Source: an uncultured delta proteobacterium
GTDB taxonomy: Bacteria; Myxococcota_A; Polyangia; Palsa-1104
Direction: 5' to 3'
DNA: 64,000 nt
Assembly: GCA_963785725.1 (NCBI GenBank)
Contig: CAWAWS010000019.1
Span: 32,001 to 96,000, forward strand
The translations under genes and the position numbers were made by a program. This document shows, piece by piece, positions 9,499 through 21,500 of the stretch. The first letter of the stretch is position 1, and every line of letters starts with the position of its first letter. Below the pieces are notes generated by a model. The model was not told the origin of the DNA, did not search any database, and worked only from the letters and a program-made list of their open reading frames with translations.

Positions 9499-11842
9499 AT
9501 GGCACGGCTCGACGACGGCGACGCGCTCCAGCTCCTCGAAGCGATGGCCATCCCCACGCTCGCGCTCGACGACGTCGGCCATGTCCGCTGGGCCAATCTC
9601 GCCGCCGAGCAGCTCTTGGCTTGGCCGCGCGAGCTGCTCATCGGTCAGCCGCTGGCGGCGCTGACGCCGGCGCGCATCGCCGAGGTCGACGGACGCTCGC
9701 TGCTCGACCGCTTGCTCGAGCAGGCGCATACGGCGCCCGAGCGCTCGGTGCGCCTGCCGGCCGTGCGCCGCGACGGCGTCGAGATCGAGGTCGACTGTAT
9801 CGTCTCCAGCGTCGGCGACGGCACCGTCATGCTGTCGCTGCAGCGACGGCCGGAGTCGTTCGGCGAAGACGCGCGCGAGGACGCCGACAGCGCCCAGTCG
9901 CGCTATCGCCTCGTCTTCGAGTACGCGCCGCTCGGCATCTGGCACTTCGACAGCCGCGGCGTCATCACCGCCTGCAACGATCAGTTCGTGCGCGTCATCG
10001 GCTCGTCGAAGCGGCGGCTCATCGGGCTCGATCAGACGACCTTGCGCGACTCGTTCGTCGTCGACTGCGTCAAGGTCGCGCTCTCCGGTCGCCACGCGCA
10101 TTACGAAGGCGACTACCGCTCGGCCACCGCCGGCAAAGTCACGCCCGTGCGCGCCGACTTCGCCGCCATCCGCGACGAGCTCGGCCGCGTCGTCGGCGGC
10201 GTCGGCATCCTCGAGGACATCACCGAGCGCAAGCGCGCCGAGGAGGCGCTGCGCGAGAGCAACGCCGCGCTGCAGGCCATATTCGAGGCCTCTCCTTTGC
10301 CCATCGTCTCCCTCGGCCGCGACAGCAACGTGCGCATGTGGAACCCCGCCGCCGAGAGCACCTTCGGCTTCCTGCAAGAGGAGACGCTGGGACGACCAAT
10401 GCCGATGGTTCCCAAGGAGCGCGTCGACGAAGTGGCCGCCAACGTCGAGCGCGTGCTCAACGGCGAGGTGCTGCTCAACTTCGAGACCTGGTATCAGCGA
10501 CGGGATGGCAGCGCCATCGAGGTCAGCTTGTCGGCGGCGCCGCTCGTCAAAGGCGAAGGCGAGGTGACCGGCACCATCTCGTTCATCTCCGACAACACCG
10601 AGCGCAATCGCGCGCAGAGCGAGCGCTCTGGAGCTGCTGCACCACGAGCAGCTGGCGCGACGCGCCGCCGAGGCCGCGCAGGGCCGGCTCGAGATCTTGG
10701 CGACCGCGAGCGCCATCATGGCCAGCTCGCTCGACTACGACGACACGCTGCAGCGGGCGGCGCGCATGGCCACGCCGCGCTTCGCGCAGCGCACGACGGT
10801 CTGGCTCAGCGACGACGAGAGCGTGCCGAGGCGCGTGGCCATGCATCCCGAAGGCCGGCTGCCGGCCGACGCCGCCGACGTCACGGCCGTGCAGCGCGTC
10901 ATGCAGCTCGGGCAGGCGCAGGCGAGCGCGCGCATGATCGTGGTGCCGCTGGTCGTGCTCGGGCGCACCGGCGGCGCCATCTGCTTCGCGCGCGACGAGG
11001 CGCAGCCGCCGTACGACGCGGCCGACGCGCGCTTGGCGGAGGAGATTGGTCGTCGCGCCGGGATCGCCATCGACAACGCGCGCCTCTTTCGCCGCACCGA
11101 AGAGGCGCTGCGCGCGCGCGACGAGTTCTTGTCCATCGCGTCGCACGAGCTGCGCACGCCGGTGACGTCGCTGCGGCTGTCGGTGCAGAACTTGGAGTCG
11201 ATGGCGGAAGAGGGATCGCTGGCGACGGCGCCACGCCAAGTCGTCATTCGCGGCCTGCAAACGTCGGTGCGGCAGAGCCAGCATTTGAGCCGCCTCATCG
11301 ACGAGCTGCTCGACATCTCGCGGATTCGCGCCGGCCGCTTCGACTTGAAGCCGCACGACGTCGACCTGGCGCAGGTGGCGCGCACGACGGCGCAGCGGCT
11401 GGAGCGCGAGCTGCAAATCGCCGGCTGCCCGCTGACGCTCGATCTGCAGCCGGCGCCGGGACGTTGGGACGCCGCGCGGCTCGACCAAGTGGTGACGAAT
11501 TTGCTGACCAACGCCATGAAGTTCGGCGCCGGGCAGCCGCTCGAATTGCGCGTGCGCGCCGACGCCGACACGGCGACGCTGGCGCTGACCGACCACGGCA
11601 TCGGCATCGCGCCCGAGGCGCAGACGCGCATCTTCGACCGCTTCGAGCGCGGCGTGTCGGCGCGCCATTACGGCGGCCTCGGGCTCGGCCTCTTCATCGC
11701 GCGCCAGATCGTCGAGGCGCATCGCGGGCAGCTCACGGTCACGAGCCGCGTCGGTCACGGGGCCACGTTCACCCTCGTTTTACCGCGCGTGCTAACATCT
11801 ACGGATGGAAGTGGCAGTGCTGATGGCGGAGGTGGCCGTTGA
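9499..11842 (+). CDS. PAS/GAF sensor histidine kinase (frameshift near 10625, likely sequencing error)
   Basis: Three PAS domains in the 9499 frame; GAF, ASHELRTP H-box, NLLTNAMKF and GLGLGL in the 10697 frame. Confidence 0.88.
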
Positions 11843-12225
11843 CTGAATCCGACTGCGTGCTCGTCATCGATGACGACGCCGACATTCGCGACTCGATCGG
11901 CGACATCCTCGAGCTGCGCGGCTATCGCGTGGCCCGCGCGGCCAACGGTCGCGAAGCGCTGGAGCGGCTGAGGAGCGGCCCGCCGCCCTGCGTGATCCTG
12001 CTCGATCTGATGATGCCGGTCTTGAACGGCTGGGAATTTCGCGAGCAGCAGAGCCGCGACGCGCGCTTGGCCGACGTGCCCGTCGTCGTCATCTCCGGCG
12101 ACGGCTCCACCGACGAGAAAGCCGCCAAGATCGGCGTCGCCGAGTTCCTGCGCAAGCCGCTCGAATTGTCGGCGATCCTGGAAGTCGTGCGCCGCCACTG
12201 CGCCGGCAACGATCATTCGCGCTAA
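11839..12225 (+). CDS. Single-domain response regulator (REC)
   Basis: VLVIDDD, ILLDLMMP, FLRKP; overlaps the kinase stop. Confidence 0.92.
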   Translation: MTESDCVLVIDDDADIRDSIGDILELRGYRVARAANGREALERLRSGPPPCVILLDLMMPVLNGWEFREQQSRDARLADVPVVVISGDGSTDEKAAKIGVAEFLRKPLELSAILEVVRRHCAGNDHSR

Positions 12226-12283
12226 GCAGCGATATTCGTAACAAAGTTCGGCTCACGTAAGAGCTGCATCGGGGCCGCGAGCC

Positions 12284-15200
12284 GTGCGAGACTGCGGCCG
12301 CTTGGACGCGCCCGCCCCCAAACGTTACCGCCGGCACTGGCGAATCGTGCGCCACACGGTGGGCGTCCTCGTGCTCATCGTGTGCCTGATCGTCATCGGT
12401 CTGTTGTGGGCGCTGCGTAACCTCGACACCGGGCTCGTCAAGCAGCGGCTGCGCAACCTCGTCCGCAGCCAAGGCGGCCTCGAGCTCGACTACGCCTCGG
12501 CCGAGGCGGACCTGTTTACGGGGCTCTCCCTGCACGACATCACGGTCGCGTCGCCGGCCGAGCTCCAGTCGGTGGCGCCGCTGCTGGTCAAGGCGGGCAC
12601 CTTGCGGCTCGGCTGGTCGCTCTTCGGCTCGGGCGCGACGCTCAAGCGGCTGACGGCGCACGACGTCGAGCTCACGATCGTCATGGACGAGCACGGCCGC
12701 ACGTCGCTGGACGCGCTGTCGAGCGGACCCCCGAAGCCGCCGCCGGCGCACGAGCCGACGCCGGGCGACCAGCTGGTGCAGGCGGTGCAGGCACTGCCCG
12801 ACTTCGAGCGCTTGTCGTTTCAGCGCGTCGCGATCAATTTGCTGCAGACCAAAGCGGGTCAGGTGGTGGCCAAGACGCGCGTCTCGGGCATCGACCTGCG
12901 CACCGAGTCGACGGGGCAAGGCGCGGCGCGCCACGTCGACGTCGGGCTCGGCGACAAGGGCCATCCGATCGACGTCGTCGCGCGCCATGACGGCCTCATC
13001 CACGGCGAAGGCGCGGGCAAGCTGTGGCTCGACGCCGACATCGACGCCAAGTCGGCGACGGTGCGCGCCGAGCTGACGCTCGATCGGCAGTCGCTGTCGC
13101 CGGCCTGGCCCGCGCACGGCATGCTGTTCTCGATCGACGCCAAGGCGCAGGCCAACGGCGACAAGCTGGAAGTGGCGCTCAAGAGTTTGGAAGCGGCGGC
13201 GGAAGCGATCGTGTTGAAGGGCGACGTCGTGATGGCGCCGAACAGCCTGCGCGTCGTCGATGCCAAGGGTAAGCTCGATCTGACGCGGCTGGCGCGGATG
13301 GTGCCGTCGGGATTGCCGCTGGCGCTGCGCGAAGGCTCGCTGAAATACGACATCAGCGGGCTCGAGCTCACGCCCGTGCCCAAGCTCGACGAAGGCGGCC
13401 ACCTCGATCTGAGCGGGCGCGCCGCCGACTTCCGCTACGGCGCCGGCCCCGACGACAGAGTCGAATTGGACGAGCTGCGCTTCACCGTCAAAGGCAAGCC
13501 CGTCGCCGGCGGCGGCATCAAGCTGAATGTGGAGCTGCCGGCAGGCGTGTTCTCGCTGGCGCAAGGCAAAGAGCACGTGACGCTGCAGAAGGCGGACACG
13601 ACGCTGGAGGCGACGCTGATGCCGGCGGCGCCCGGTCAGGTAGAGCTGCGCACGCGCTTCGACGCGCTGGCGGCGACGAACGTCGGGCAGAGCGTGCACG
13701 CCAGCCAAGGCGCGATCGATCTCCGGCTCGGCGAGCTGCGCATCGATCCGAAGGCGCCGGCCAAAGCGTCGGCGTCGGTGGCGCTGAGCGTCGGGCTGGG
13801 CGCGCTCGACGGCACGCTGCCGAACCTGACGGCGCACGCCGGCAACGTGGCGTTGACGGCGCACGCGCAAGTCGTCGACGGCGCGCCGACGGGCGTCGAC
13901 GTCGAGCTGCCGATCGGTCGACTCGTCATAGAAGGCGCGCACGGCGCGTCGCTGTTGCCGTCGGGGCCGGCGAACCTGAAGGCGCGCGTCGAGCACATCA
14001 AGCTCGACCGGGACGTGCCCTTGTTCACGACGGCCGACGCGCACGTCGAGCTGGCGGCGGCGGGGATGACCTTCAACGGCGACGTCAAGAAGCTGCGCGA
14101 CGGCGTCGACTTCAAGGTCGCGCTCGACGCGCAGAAGGCGGCGCTGCTGGCGTCGTTCGCGCCGGCGGCGCTGGAGCTGCCGGGCGCACGCATGTCGCTG
14201 CAGCTGGCGGCGAGCGGCAAATTGGAGCGGCTGTTGGCGCCGCGCATAAAAGCGCACACGACGCTGCACGTCGACAAGCCGGGCGTGACCATCGCCGATC
14301 AGGCGCTGGCGGCGACGACGCTCGACGTGACCCTCGATGTCGACGGCGACGCGCAGAAGCAGCAGCTGGCGCTGACGATCGCGCCCAAGACGCTGGCGCT
14401 CGAAGACGAGGCGCTCGGCGACGGCACGCTGGCCGTGCACGCGGCGTGGGATCTGCCGCGCAGCACGCTGTCGCTGACGCTCGACGGCAACGGTCAGGCG
14501 CTGCCGTCGGGTCAGCTGGCGATCGCCGCCAGCTTCGACCATCGCTCGCGCACGATCGACTACAAGATCGACGGCAACTTGGCGCACCTGGCGGCGCTGA
14601 CGCCGCTGTTGCCGGAGTCGCTCACCGACGAGCATTGGCTCGATCTGTCGGACGTGCGCGCGAAGATCGCCAGCCACGGCAAGCTGAGCGGCGTGTTCAC
14701 CGGCGTCGATCGCCGCGGCCTGCCGGTGCTGGCGCCAAAGCCGCTGGAGACGCTGCGTGGCGACGACGAGCTCCTGCTCACCGTCGAGAATTTCCATTAT
14801 GTCGACGCGGCGGGCGTGGAGTTGACGGTGCCGGCGCTGACGCTGAAGACGCACGCCGTCGGCTCCGGCGATTCGCGCAGCGCCGAGGCCGACCTCAGCA
14901 TGACGGCGGCGACGCTCTTGTCGCGCGGCCATCGCGTCGAAGTGGGCGGCATGCACGATCACGTGCAGCTCTCGACCGACGGCGATCCGCTCGTCGACAA
15001 AGTGGAAGTGACGCACGAGCTGGAGCTGGCGAAGGTGGCGCAGGATTGGCTGCCGTTTTACCGCATCGGCAACGTGACCATGACCACGCACGGCCGCCGC
15101 GAAGACGACGGCACGCTGCACCTCGACGAGCTGACGCTGCACAACAAAGACGGCGGCACGACGCTGACGGCCAAAGGCGGCCTCCTCTTGGCGCGCGGCC

Positions 15201-16148
15201 TGACGCACCAGCAGGCCATGAACGCCGCGCCTCCCGTCGGCTTCTCGAGCATCGGTATGAAGATCGGCGTCAGCCAGGAGCTGGCGGCGATCAGCGATGC
15301 GCCCACGCGCTTCGTCGGCAAAGGCACGCTCGATGCCGAGCTCGACCTGGCGTCGGGCGATCTGCGCCGCTATCACGCCACGTCGACGCTGAAGCTGGCG
15401 CACGCGACCATCGAGCTGCCGCAACAGCACATTCGCATCGCCGATCTCGACGGGATGGTGCCGCTCGTCGAGGATTTCGTCATTCGCAAGGGTGAGACGA
15501 CGTTCATCCCCGCCGGCGAGCCCAACGCCTACCCGCAGCTGCGCTTCGCCGATCAACACCCGTTCCAGACGAGCTCGGGCGCGCTGCACATCGTCAGCGT
15601 CAGCGTCGGCGGGCTCGAGGTCGACGACATCGCCGTCAACCTGCGCGTCTCGCGCAACCAACTGGCGATCGATCAGCTCGACGCCGCCGTGCGCAAAGGG
15701 CGCATCGCCGGCTCCAGCCTCATCGACTGGCGCGGGCCCAATTCGACGGCTTCGCTGCGTCTGCGCATGACCGGCATCGAGTCCACGCACGGCGGCGCCA
15801 AGGAGCGCTTCGACGGCAACATGGCGCTCAACCTGTCGCTGGCGGAGCGCTCGGTCGATGGTCGCGTCGAGATCTTGCGCATCGGTCGCCATCACCTGCT
15901 CGATCTGCTCGACGAGTACGATCCGCATCATCAAGACGCGGCCACCAATCGGGTGCGCACGGCGCTTGGGGCTCGGCTATCCCGATCGCGTGCATCTGCT
16001 GTTCGATCACGGCTTCGCCAGCTTCTCGGTCGCGTTCGGCGGCTTGGCGCGGCTGGTCTCCGTCGCCGAGGTCAAAGGCATCGCGACCGGCCCGCTCGTC
16101 GAGCGCTACTTGGGCCCGGTCCTATCGCTGGAGAATTCCAATCCATGA
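12284..16148 (+). CDS. Large AsmA/TamB/YdbH-like repeating beta-groove protein (frameshift in the G-run near 15970)
   Basis: N-terminal TM anchor followed by about 1200 aa of alternating amphipathic beta-strands. The C-terminus continues in the 15858..16148 frame (LGYPDRVHLLFDHG...) and ends in an ATGA overlap with the next gene. Confidence 0.7.
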
Positions 16149-16678
16149 AGCGGCTCGTGCTGGTGGCGCTGGGCTTTACGCTGGGAACGGGCTGCATCAA
16201 GGCGCCCGACATCGTCGTCCTCGATCGCGCGACGGCGCTCGAGCGGGAAGCGGCGGGCAACTTTCCGCACCTCGAGTTCGAGCTGCAGCGCGCGGGCACG
16301 CAGCCGAAGCCGGCGCCGCTGACGCGCGAGCAGCTGGAGGCGGCCGGCCATCCGCGACCGGTCGTCGAGGAGACGGAGACGTCGGACGCCGAGCGCATCG
16401 ATCAGCTGCTCAAGATCAGCTGCCTCGGTGAAGCCAAGGACGGGCTGCTCGTCGAGACGCGCGATCGCTGCACGGTCAAAGAGGTGCCGCACTTGGGCTC
16501 GCTGCTCGAGCGGACCAACCGCGATCGCATGCAGATCTGGGAGTGGCTGCGTCGGCAGCGTCCGCAGCGCTCGATGCTGGAGGTGCGGCAGGCCTGGCGC
16601 GCGGTGCATGCGTACGGCGTCATCTGCGGCGGCCAAGTGCAGCGCGACGACGGCGGCTGGGAAGCGAAAAAGTGCTGA
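16145..16678 (+). CDS. Lipoprotein, DUF1318/YdbL-like
   Basis: MKRLVLVALGFTLGTGC lipobox; C-terminal LGEAKDGLL...N.DR.QI...QVQRDDGGW.KK resembles YdbL. Confidence 0.65.
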   Translation: MKRLVLVALGFTLGTGCIKAPDIVVLDRATALEREAAGNFPHLEFELQRAGTQPKPAPLTREQLEAAGHPRPVVEETETSDAERIDQLLKISCLGEAKDGLLVETRDRCTVKEVPHLGSLLERTNRDRMQIWEWLRRQRPQRSMLEVRQAWRAVHAYGVICGGQVQRDDGGWEAKKC

Positions 16679-19600
16679 ATTCCGGCGCGAAAGGGGCGCT
16701 GGCGCTGTTGGTCGCGCTGTCGGCGCTGCCGGCGGCGGCGGAAGAGCTGCGCCAGCCGCAGAAGCTGACGGTGTCGCTGGCCGATGACTACTTGGGCTCG
16801 CTGTCGCCCGACGGCAAGCGACTCTATTTCGTCTCCAATCGCAACGCCACGAGCCAGATTTGGTACCAGGATGTGACGGCGCCGGCCTCGACGTTGCTCT
16901 TCGACGAGGGCGCCGACACGACGTGGCCGCGCGTCAGCCCCGACGGCAAGCGGCTCTTGTACGTGTCGTTCGCCGACGAAGCCGACGGGCAACTGTGCGT
17001 GCGCGAGCTGCCGAAGCTCGGGCGACGCTGCCTGGCCGGCGGCGGCGCGCTGGAGGCGACGTGGGCGAGCGCGAACGAGCTCCTGCTCTTGGCGCGCGCG
17101 CCCGGCGCCGGCTCGGGCGATCTGGAGCTGTCGCGCGTGCGCGTCGACGGCGGCGCGCTCGTGCGCACGCCCATCGTCACGCGCAACCTCAACGGCCCGG
17201 CCATCGCGCCCGACGGCAAGTGGATGGCCTTCGTGCCGCTGACGCGCGCGGCGACGTCGGTGGGCCCGGCGTTCGCGGCGCAGGCGGCGCGCGCGCTCGT
17301 CTTGCGCCGGCTCGACGGTGGCGGCAGCGACGTCGAGGTGCACTTGCAGCTGCCCGGCGGCACCTCGCAGCCAGCCTTCTCCGCCGACGGCAAGTGGCTC
17401 TATTTCACGCAGTTCCTCAACGACACCGATCAAAACGGCGTGCTCGACGGCGACGATCACGGCGTGCTCTTTCGTGTCGCCTTCGACGAGCGCGATCCGG
17501 CGGCGCTCAACCAGGCCGTGCCCGAGCAGCTGACGACGGCGGCCTGGAATTGCCAATATCCGGCGCCGTCGCCGCAGAAGCTGGTGCTGACCTGCTCGCG
17601 CGGCGACTCGCTCGACCTCTACACGCTGCCGCTCGACGGCATGGTGCCGTCGACGTGGGACGCGGCGCGCATTCGCGACGAGGCGCAAGCGGCGCGCGAT
17701 CGCTGGGAGCGGCTGCTCCTCTTGCATCGCCGCGCGTCGACCGAGCGCGATCCGACGATGCACGCGACCTTGCTGCTCGGCACCGTGCGCCAACACTTGC
17801 TGCTGTCGGAGTACGAGGCGGCGCTCTATCACGTCGAGGCCTTGGAGCAGCTGGGCGTCGCGCAACTGTCGTCGCTGGCGCCGCTCTTGAAGCTGCTCAT
17901 CGCCGAGCGGCGCGGGCTGCGCAGCTTCGATCGCGGCGAGCTCGGCCATCGCTATCTGACCGACGCGCGCAGCCGCCTCGAAGCCGCGCGCGCCATGGCG
18001 CCAACCGAAGCGCCGGCGGTCCTCTTGCGTCACCTCTTGCTCAGCGAGATCGACGATCACTTGGGCGACAAGAGCGGCGCCGTCGACGAGCTGAAGCTGG
18101 CCGTGGTCGAGCCGAAGACGCCCGGCTTTCTGATCGCGCTGCTGGCGGCGCGCATCGAATACGTCTATCGCGAGCTCGACCGCGACGCCGACGAGCTGGC
18201 GGCGCTCGTGCCCATCATCGACCATCCGCTCTTGCCCGAGTCGGAGCGGCTGCGGCTGGCCGGCATTTACACGCGCGCGCTCATGCGTAAGCTGCCGCCG
18301 GACGCCGCCCGAGCCGCCGCCGCGCGCGATCTGACGGCCGCGACGCCCGGCTCGGCGCGCGCCTTCGCCGACGCGCTGTGGCCCTGCCTCGACTTGGTGA
18401 CGAAGCCGACGATCGACCGTGGGCGCGCCTGCGTCAAGCAGCTCTACGACGGCAATCCGACGCTGGCGCGGCGACGCCTGTTGGTCGGCGAAGTCGTGCA
18501 TCGCGCCGAGGACAATGACGTCGACGACCTCGAGTACGAGCTGGTGCGCCGCTGGGTGCGCGACGTGCCCAAGGACGACGCCGAGCGCTATTGGGCCGAG
18601 CGGCTCTTCCGTCACGTCGTGCAGGACTACGCCTACGCCGCGCTGTCCGCCGGCAAAGACGCCGACGCCGCGGCCGAGTTCGACGCCGTCTTGGCCGAGG
18701 CGCTGTCGCTCGAGTCGCACATCGGCTACCTCGAGGCGTCGCTGGCGGCGGGGCGGGACGTCGAGCAGCTCTATCGCGAGCGTTATCAGCCGGCGACGCC
18801 GCTCGGCCACTTCGTGCGCGCCTATCTCGACCTGCGCAAGCTGCCCGAGCTCGACGGCGTGGCCTTCGATCGAGCCTGGCAGACGGCGTCGGCGGACGTG
18901 CAAGCGGCCGAGAAGACCTGGGCGCAAAAGTGTGAAGTGCAAGCGCTGCACGGCGCGCTCTTGCACCTCGGCTTTCTGCGCACCGGCAATCGCGGACAGG
19001 CGGAAGAGGCGAACACGCACTACCTGTTGGCGCTCGATTTGGCCCACGAAAATGCGCGTTATCGGGCGATGGTGCTGGAAGAGCTGGCGCTGTTGCACGC
19101 CGCGGTCGGTAACTTTCGCATCGCGCTCGAGCACTTCGACGAGCGCGACAAGCTGCCCTTCGCCGATCCGCGCGTCGCGCTCGGTCACGACTTGTGGCGC
19201 GCGCGCTCGCTCTTGCACATCGGTCGCGAAGCCGACGCGGCCAAGGCAGCGGCGCGCGGCGTGGCGCTCATCGATGCCACGCCGGCGCTGGCGCGCTTTT
19301 TACCGCTGGCGCTCGATCGCGCGGCCTTGTATGCGCTGGCCGCCGGCGACGGCAAGAGCGGCGTCGCCGCGTACGATCGCGCGCAGAAGACGCCGGCGCC
19401 CACGCCGCCGCCCAACGACAAGCTGCGCAACCCGATCGTGGCGGCGTTGTCACGCGCGGCGTCGGCGCTGGCGGCGGGCGAGCCGGGCAAAGCGATCGTC
19501 GATCTCGATCAGGTCGACGCCGCGTTCGCCGATCCGCTCAAGGCCAAGGCGCTCGACTGGAACGACACGCCGTCGGCGGATGTGCGCGAGACCTACGATC

Positions 19601-20073
19601 TCCTGCGTTACGGCTTGCGCGGTCAGGCCGAGCGCGCGATGGGACGCTACGAAAACGCGCGCAAGACGCTGGCGACGCGCCATGCGCTCTTGCAAGCGCG
19701 CGCCAAACGCCGCGGCTACGACGACGACTTGATCGCGCTGGCGACGGCGGAAGCGCAGATGGCGGAGCTGGCGCGCTTCATCGGCGATACGACGGGCGCG
19801 GCGCAGCTGGCGACGCAGGCGCTCGGCCACGCCGACGACTTCGCGCGCAAGTCGAACACGCCGCTGACCGACGCGCAGCTGGCGACGCTCGGCTTCGCGG
19901 CCGAATTGCACGTCGTGAACCATGTGCCGCGCAAGGCGTTCGGCTTCGACCTCAAGCAGCGACTGCAAGAGACCTACGATCTCTTGGCGAAGAATCGCGA
20001 TCCCAAGCGCCACGACATTCGCTTGCGCATGGGTGTCTACCTGACGTTGCTCGGCCTCGATGGCGAACACTAA
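16672..20073 (+). CDS. Exported TolB/PD40 beta-propeller plus TPR-like helical protein
   Basis: Signal peptide; repeated SPDGKRL / APDGKW / SADGKW motifs; DTDQNGVLDGDD Ca-binding-like loop; long Ala/Leu-rich helical region. Confidence 0.75.
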   Translation: MLNSGAKGALALLVALSALPAAAEELRQPQKLTVSLADDYLGSLSPDGKRLYFVSNRNATSQIWYQDVTAPASTLLFDEGADTTWPRVSPDGKRLLYVSFADEADGQLCVRELPKLGRRCLAGGGALEATWASANELLLLARAPGAGSGDLELSRVRVDGGALVRTPIVTRNLNGPAIAPDGKWMAFVPLTRAATSVGPAFAAQAARALVLRRLDGGGSDVEVHLQLPGGTSQPAFSADGKWLYFTQFLNDTDQNGVLDGDDHGVLFRVAFDERDPAALNQAVPEQLTTAAWNCQYPAPSPQKLVLTCSRGDSLDLYTLPLDGMVPSTWDAARIRDEAQAARDRWERLLLLHRRASTERDPTMHATLLLGTVRQHLLLSEYEAALYHVEALEQLGVAQLSSLAPLLKLLIAERRGLRSFDRGELGHRYLTDARSRLEAARAMAPTEAPAVLLRHLLLSEIDDHLGDKSGAVDELKLAVVEPKTPGFLIALLAARIEYVYRELDRDADELAALVPIIDHPLLPESERLRLAGIYTRALMRKLPPDAARAAAARDLTAATPGSARAFADALWPCLDLVTKPTIDRGRACVKQLYDGNPTLARRRLLVGEVVHRAEDNDVDDLEYELVRRWVRDVPKDDAERYWAERLFRHVVQDYAYAALSAGKDADAAAEFDAVLAEALSLESHIGYLEASLAAGRDVEQLYRERYQPATPLGHFVRAYLDLRKLPELDGVAFDRAWQTASADVQAAEKTWAQKCEVQALHGALLHLGFLRTGNRGQAEEANTHYLLALDLAHENARYRAMVLEELALLHAAVGNFRIALEHFDERDKLPFADPRVALGHDLWRARSLLHIGREADAAKAAARGVALIDATPALARFLPLALDRAALYALAAGDGKSGVAAYDRAQKTPAPTPPPNDKLRNPIVAALSRAASALAAGEPGKAIVDLDQVDAAFADPLKAKALDWNDTPSADVRETYDLLRYGLRGQAERAMGRYENARKTLATRHALLQARAKRRGYDDDLIALATAEAQMAELARFIGDTTGAAQLATQALGHADDFARKSNTPLTDAQLATLGFAAELHVVNHVPRKAFGFDLKQRLQETYDLLAKNRDPKRHDIRLRMGVYLTLLGLDGEH

Positions 20074-20117
20074 AGCCGGCGTTTGCGCGGGTCTCGTTCG
20101 CCGCGCATGATGACGGC

Positions 20118-21497
20118 ATGTCGGCGCGCGGGTGGTGGACGATGGGGGTCGTCGGGCTCGTCGCCGGCACAGCGTCGGCGGCGCCGCCGGCTGCCTGGCG
20201 CTACGACGTGCAAGCCGAGGCCGGCGCGCGCACGCTGACGGTCGACGCGCGCTTCGACGCCGGCGACAGCGGCGAATTCAGCGTCGACGATGGCGCCGAG
20301 CCGTTCGTCGACGACGTCGCGGTGGAGACGCCGGCGGGCTGGCGCACGATCGCGCGCCACGACGACGCCTGGCGCCTCGACTGCGCGCACGGCTGTCACG
20401 TGCGCTATCGCTTTCGGCTGGAGGCGGCGGCCACGGCGCTGGAGTCGGAGACGGCGCAGCATTACGGCGCGGTCATTCAGGCGACGCCGCCGACGTGGCT
20501 CTTGCATCCGCTGCACGCGCGCGGCGGGCGGCGTTACCACTTCGTCGTGCACATGCCGGCCGGGCTCGCCTTCGCCAGCGGCGTCGCGCTCGACGGCGAC
20601 GGCTATGGCGCCGACGTGACGACGCTGTCGGACGCGCCCTATTCGGCGTTCGGCCCGCTGACGCTGCAGACGCTGACCGTGGGCAGCGATCGGCTCGACT
20701 TGGCGTTCGCGCCCGCGCACCGGCAGGTCGATGACGCGACCATCGCCGCCGCCGTCGCCCACGCCGCGCAGGCCGTGCATCGTTATTACGGTCGCTTGCC
20801 GCTGCCGCGTCAGCTGCTGCTGGTCTTGCCCGACGCCGGCGACGGCATGCACGGCCATACGCTCGGCAACGGCGGCGCCACCGTCGAGCTCGTCGTCGGC
20901 GACGGGGTCGGCAAGGCGGAGCTGGAGCATTCGTGGGTGACGGCGCACGAGCTCATCCACGTGGCCTTCCCGACGCTCGAACGCTCGCAGCTGTGGCTCG
21001 AGGAGGGGCTGGCGACCTATGTCGAGCCGCTGGCGCGCGCGCAGCTCGGCGATCTGGACGCGCAGACGATCTGGCGCGATCTCGTCGCCGGCGTGCCGCA
21101 GGGCCTGCCCGAGGCCGGCGATCGCGGGCTCGACCGCACGCACACCTGGGGTCGCACGTACTGGGGCGGCGCGCTCTTTTGCCTCGTCGCCGACGTCGAG
21201 ATCCGCGAGCGCACGCACGGCAAGCACGGCCTCGGCGACGCCCTGCGCGCCATCGTCGACGCCGGCGGCAGCATCGCCGTCGCCTGGCCGCTCGCGCAGG
21301 CGCTGTCGGTCGGCGACGCGGCCATCGGTGTGCCGGTGTTGACGGAGCTGCACGCGCGGCTGGGCACGCAGCCGGGGCGCGTCGATCTGCCGGCGCTGTG
21401 GCGGCGGCTCGGCGTGCAGCGCGTCGGCCGCGACGTGCGCTTCGACGACACGGCGCCGCTGGCCGCCGTGCGCCACGCCATCGTCGAGCATCCGTAA
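20118..21497 (+). CDS. Exported gluzincin metallopeptidase (M61/M1-like)
   Basis: Signal peptide; AHELIH...WLEEGLATY zinc motif; YWGGAL. Confidence 0.8.
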   Translation: MSARGWWTMGVVGLVAGTASAAPPAAWRYDVQAEAGARTLTVDARFDAGDSGEFSVDDGAEPFVDDVAVETPAGWRTIARHDDAWRLDCAHGCHVRYRFRLEAAATALESETAQHYGAVIQATPPTWLLHPLHARGGRRYHFVVHMPAGLAFASGVALDGDGYGADVTTLSDAPYSAFGPLTLQTLTVGSDRLDLAFAPAHRQVDDATIAAAVAHAAQAVHRYYGRLPLPRQLLLVLPDAGDGMHGHTLGNGGATVELVVGDGVGKAELEHSWVTAHELIHVAFPTLERSQLWLEEGLATYVEPLARAQLGDLDAQTIWRDLVAGVPQGLPEAGDRGLDRTHTWGRTYWGGALFCLVADVEIRERTHGKHGLGDALRAIVDAGGSIAVAWPLAQALSVGDAAIGVPVLTELHARLGTQPGRVDLPALWRRLGVQRVGRDVRFDDTAPLAAVRHAIVEHP

Positions 21498-21500
21498 CCG

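Noticed and set aside
12089..15934. Long antisense and alternate-frame ORFs (also 34939-38049, 16402-19218, 20070-22502 and many others)
   Set aside because: Shadow ORFs typical of high-GC DNA; Arg/Ala-rich, without motifs, and opposite well-supported genes.
12284..16678. Single 1464-aa fusion of the bridge protein and the lipoprotein as given in the ORF track
   Set aside because: An extra G near 15970 shifts the frame; the lipoprotein has its own GGAG SD, ATG at 16145 and signal peptide.
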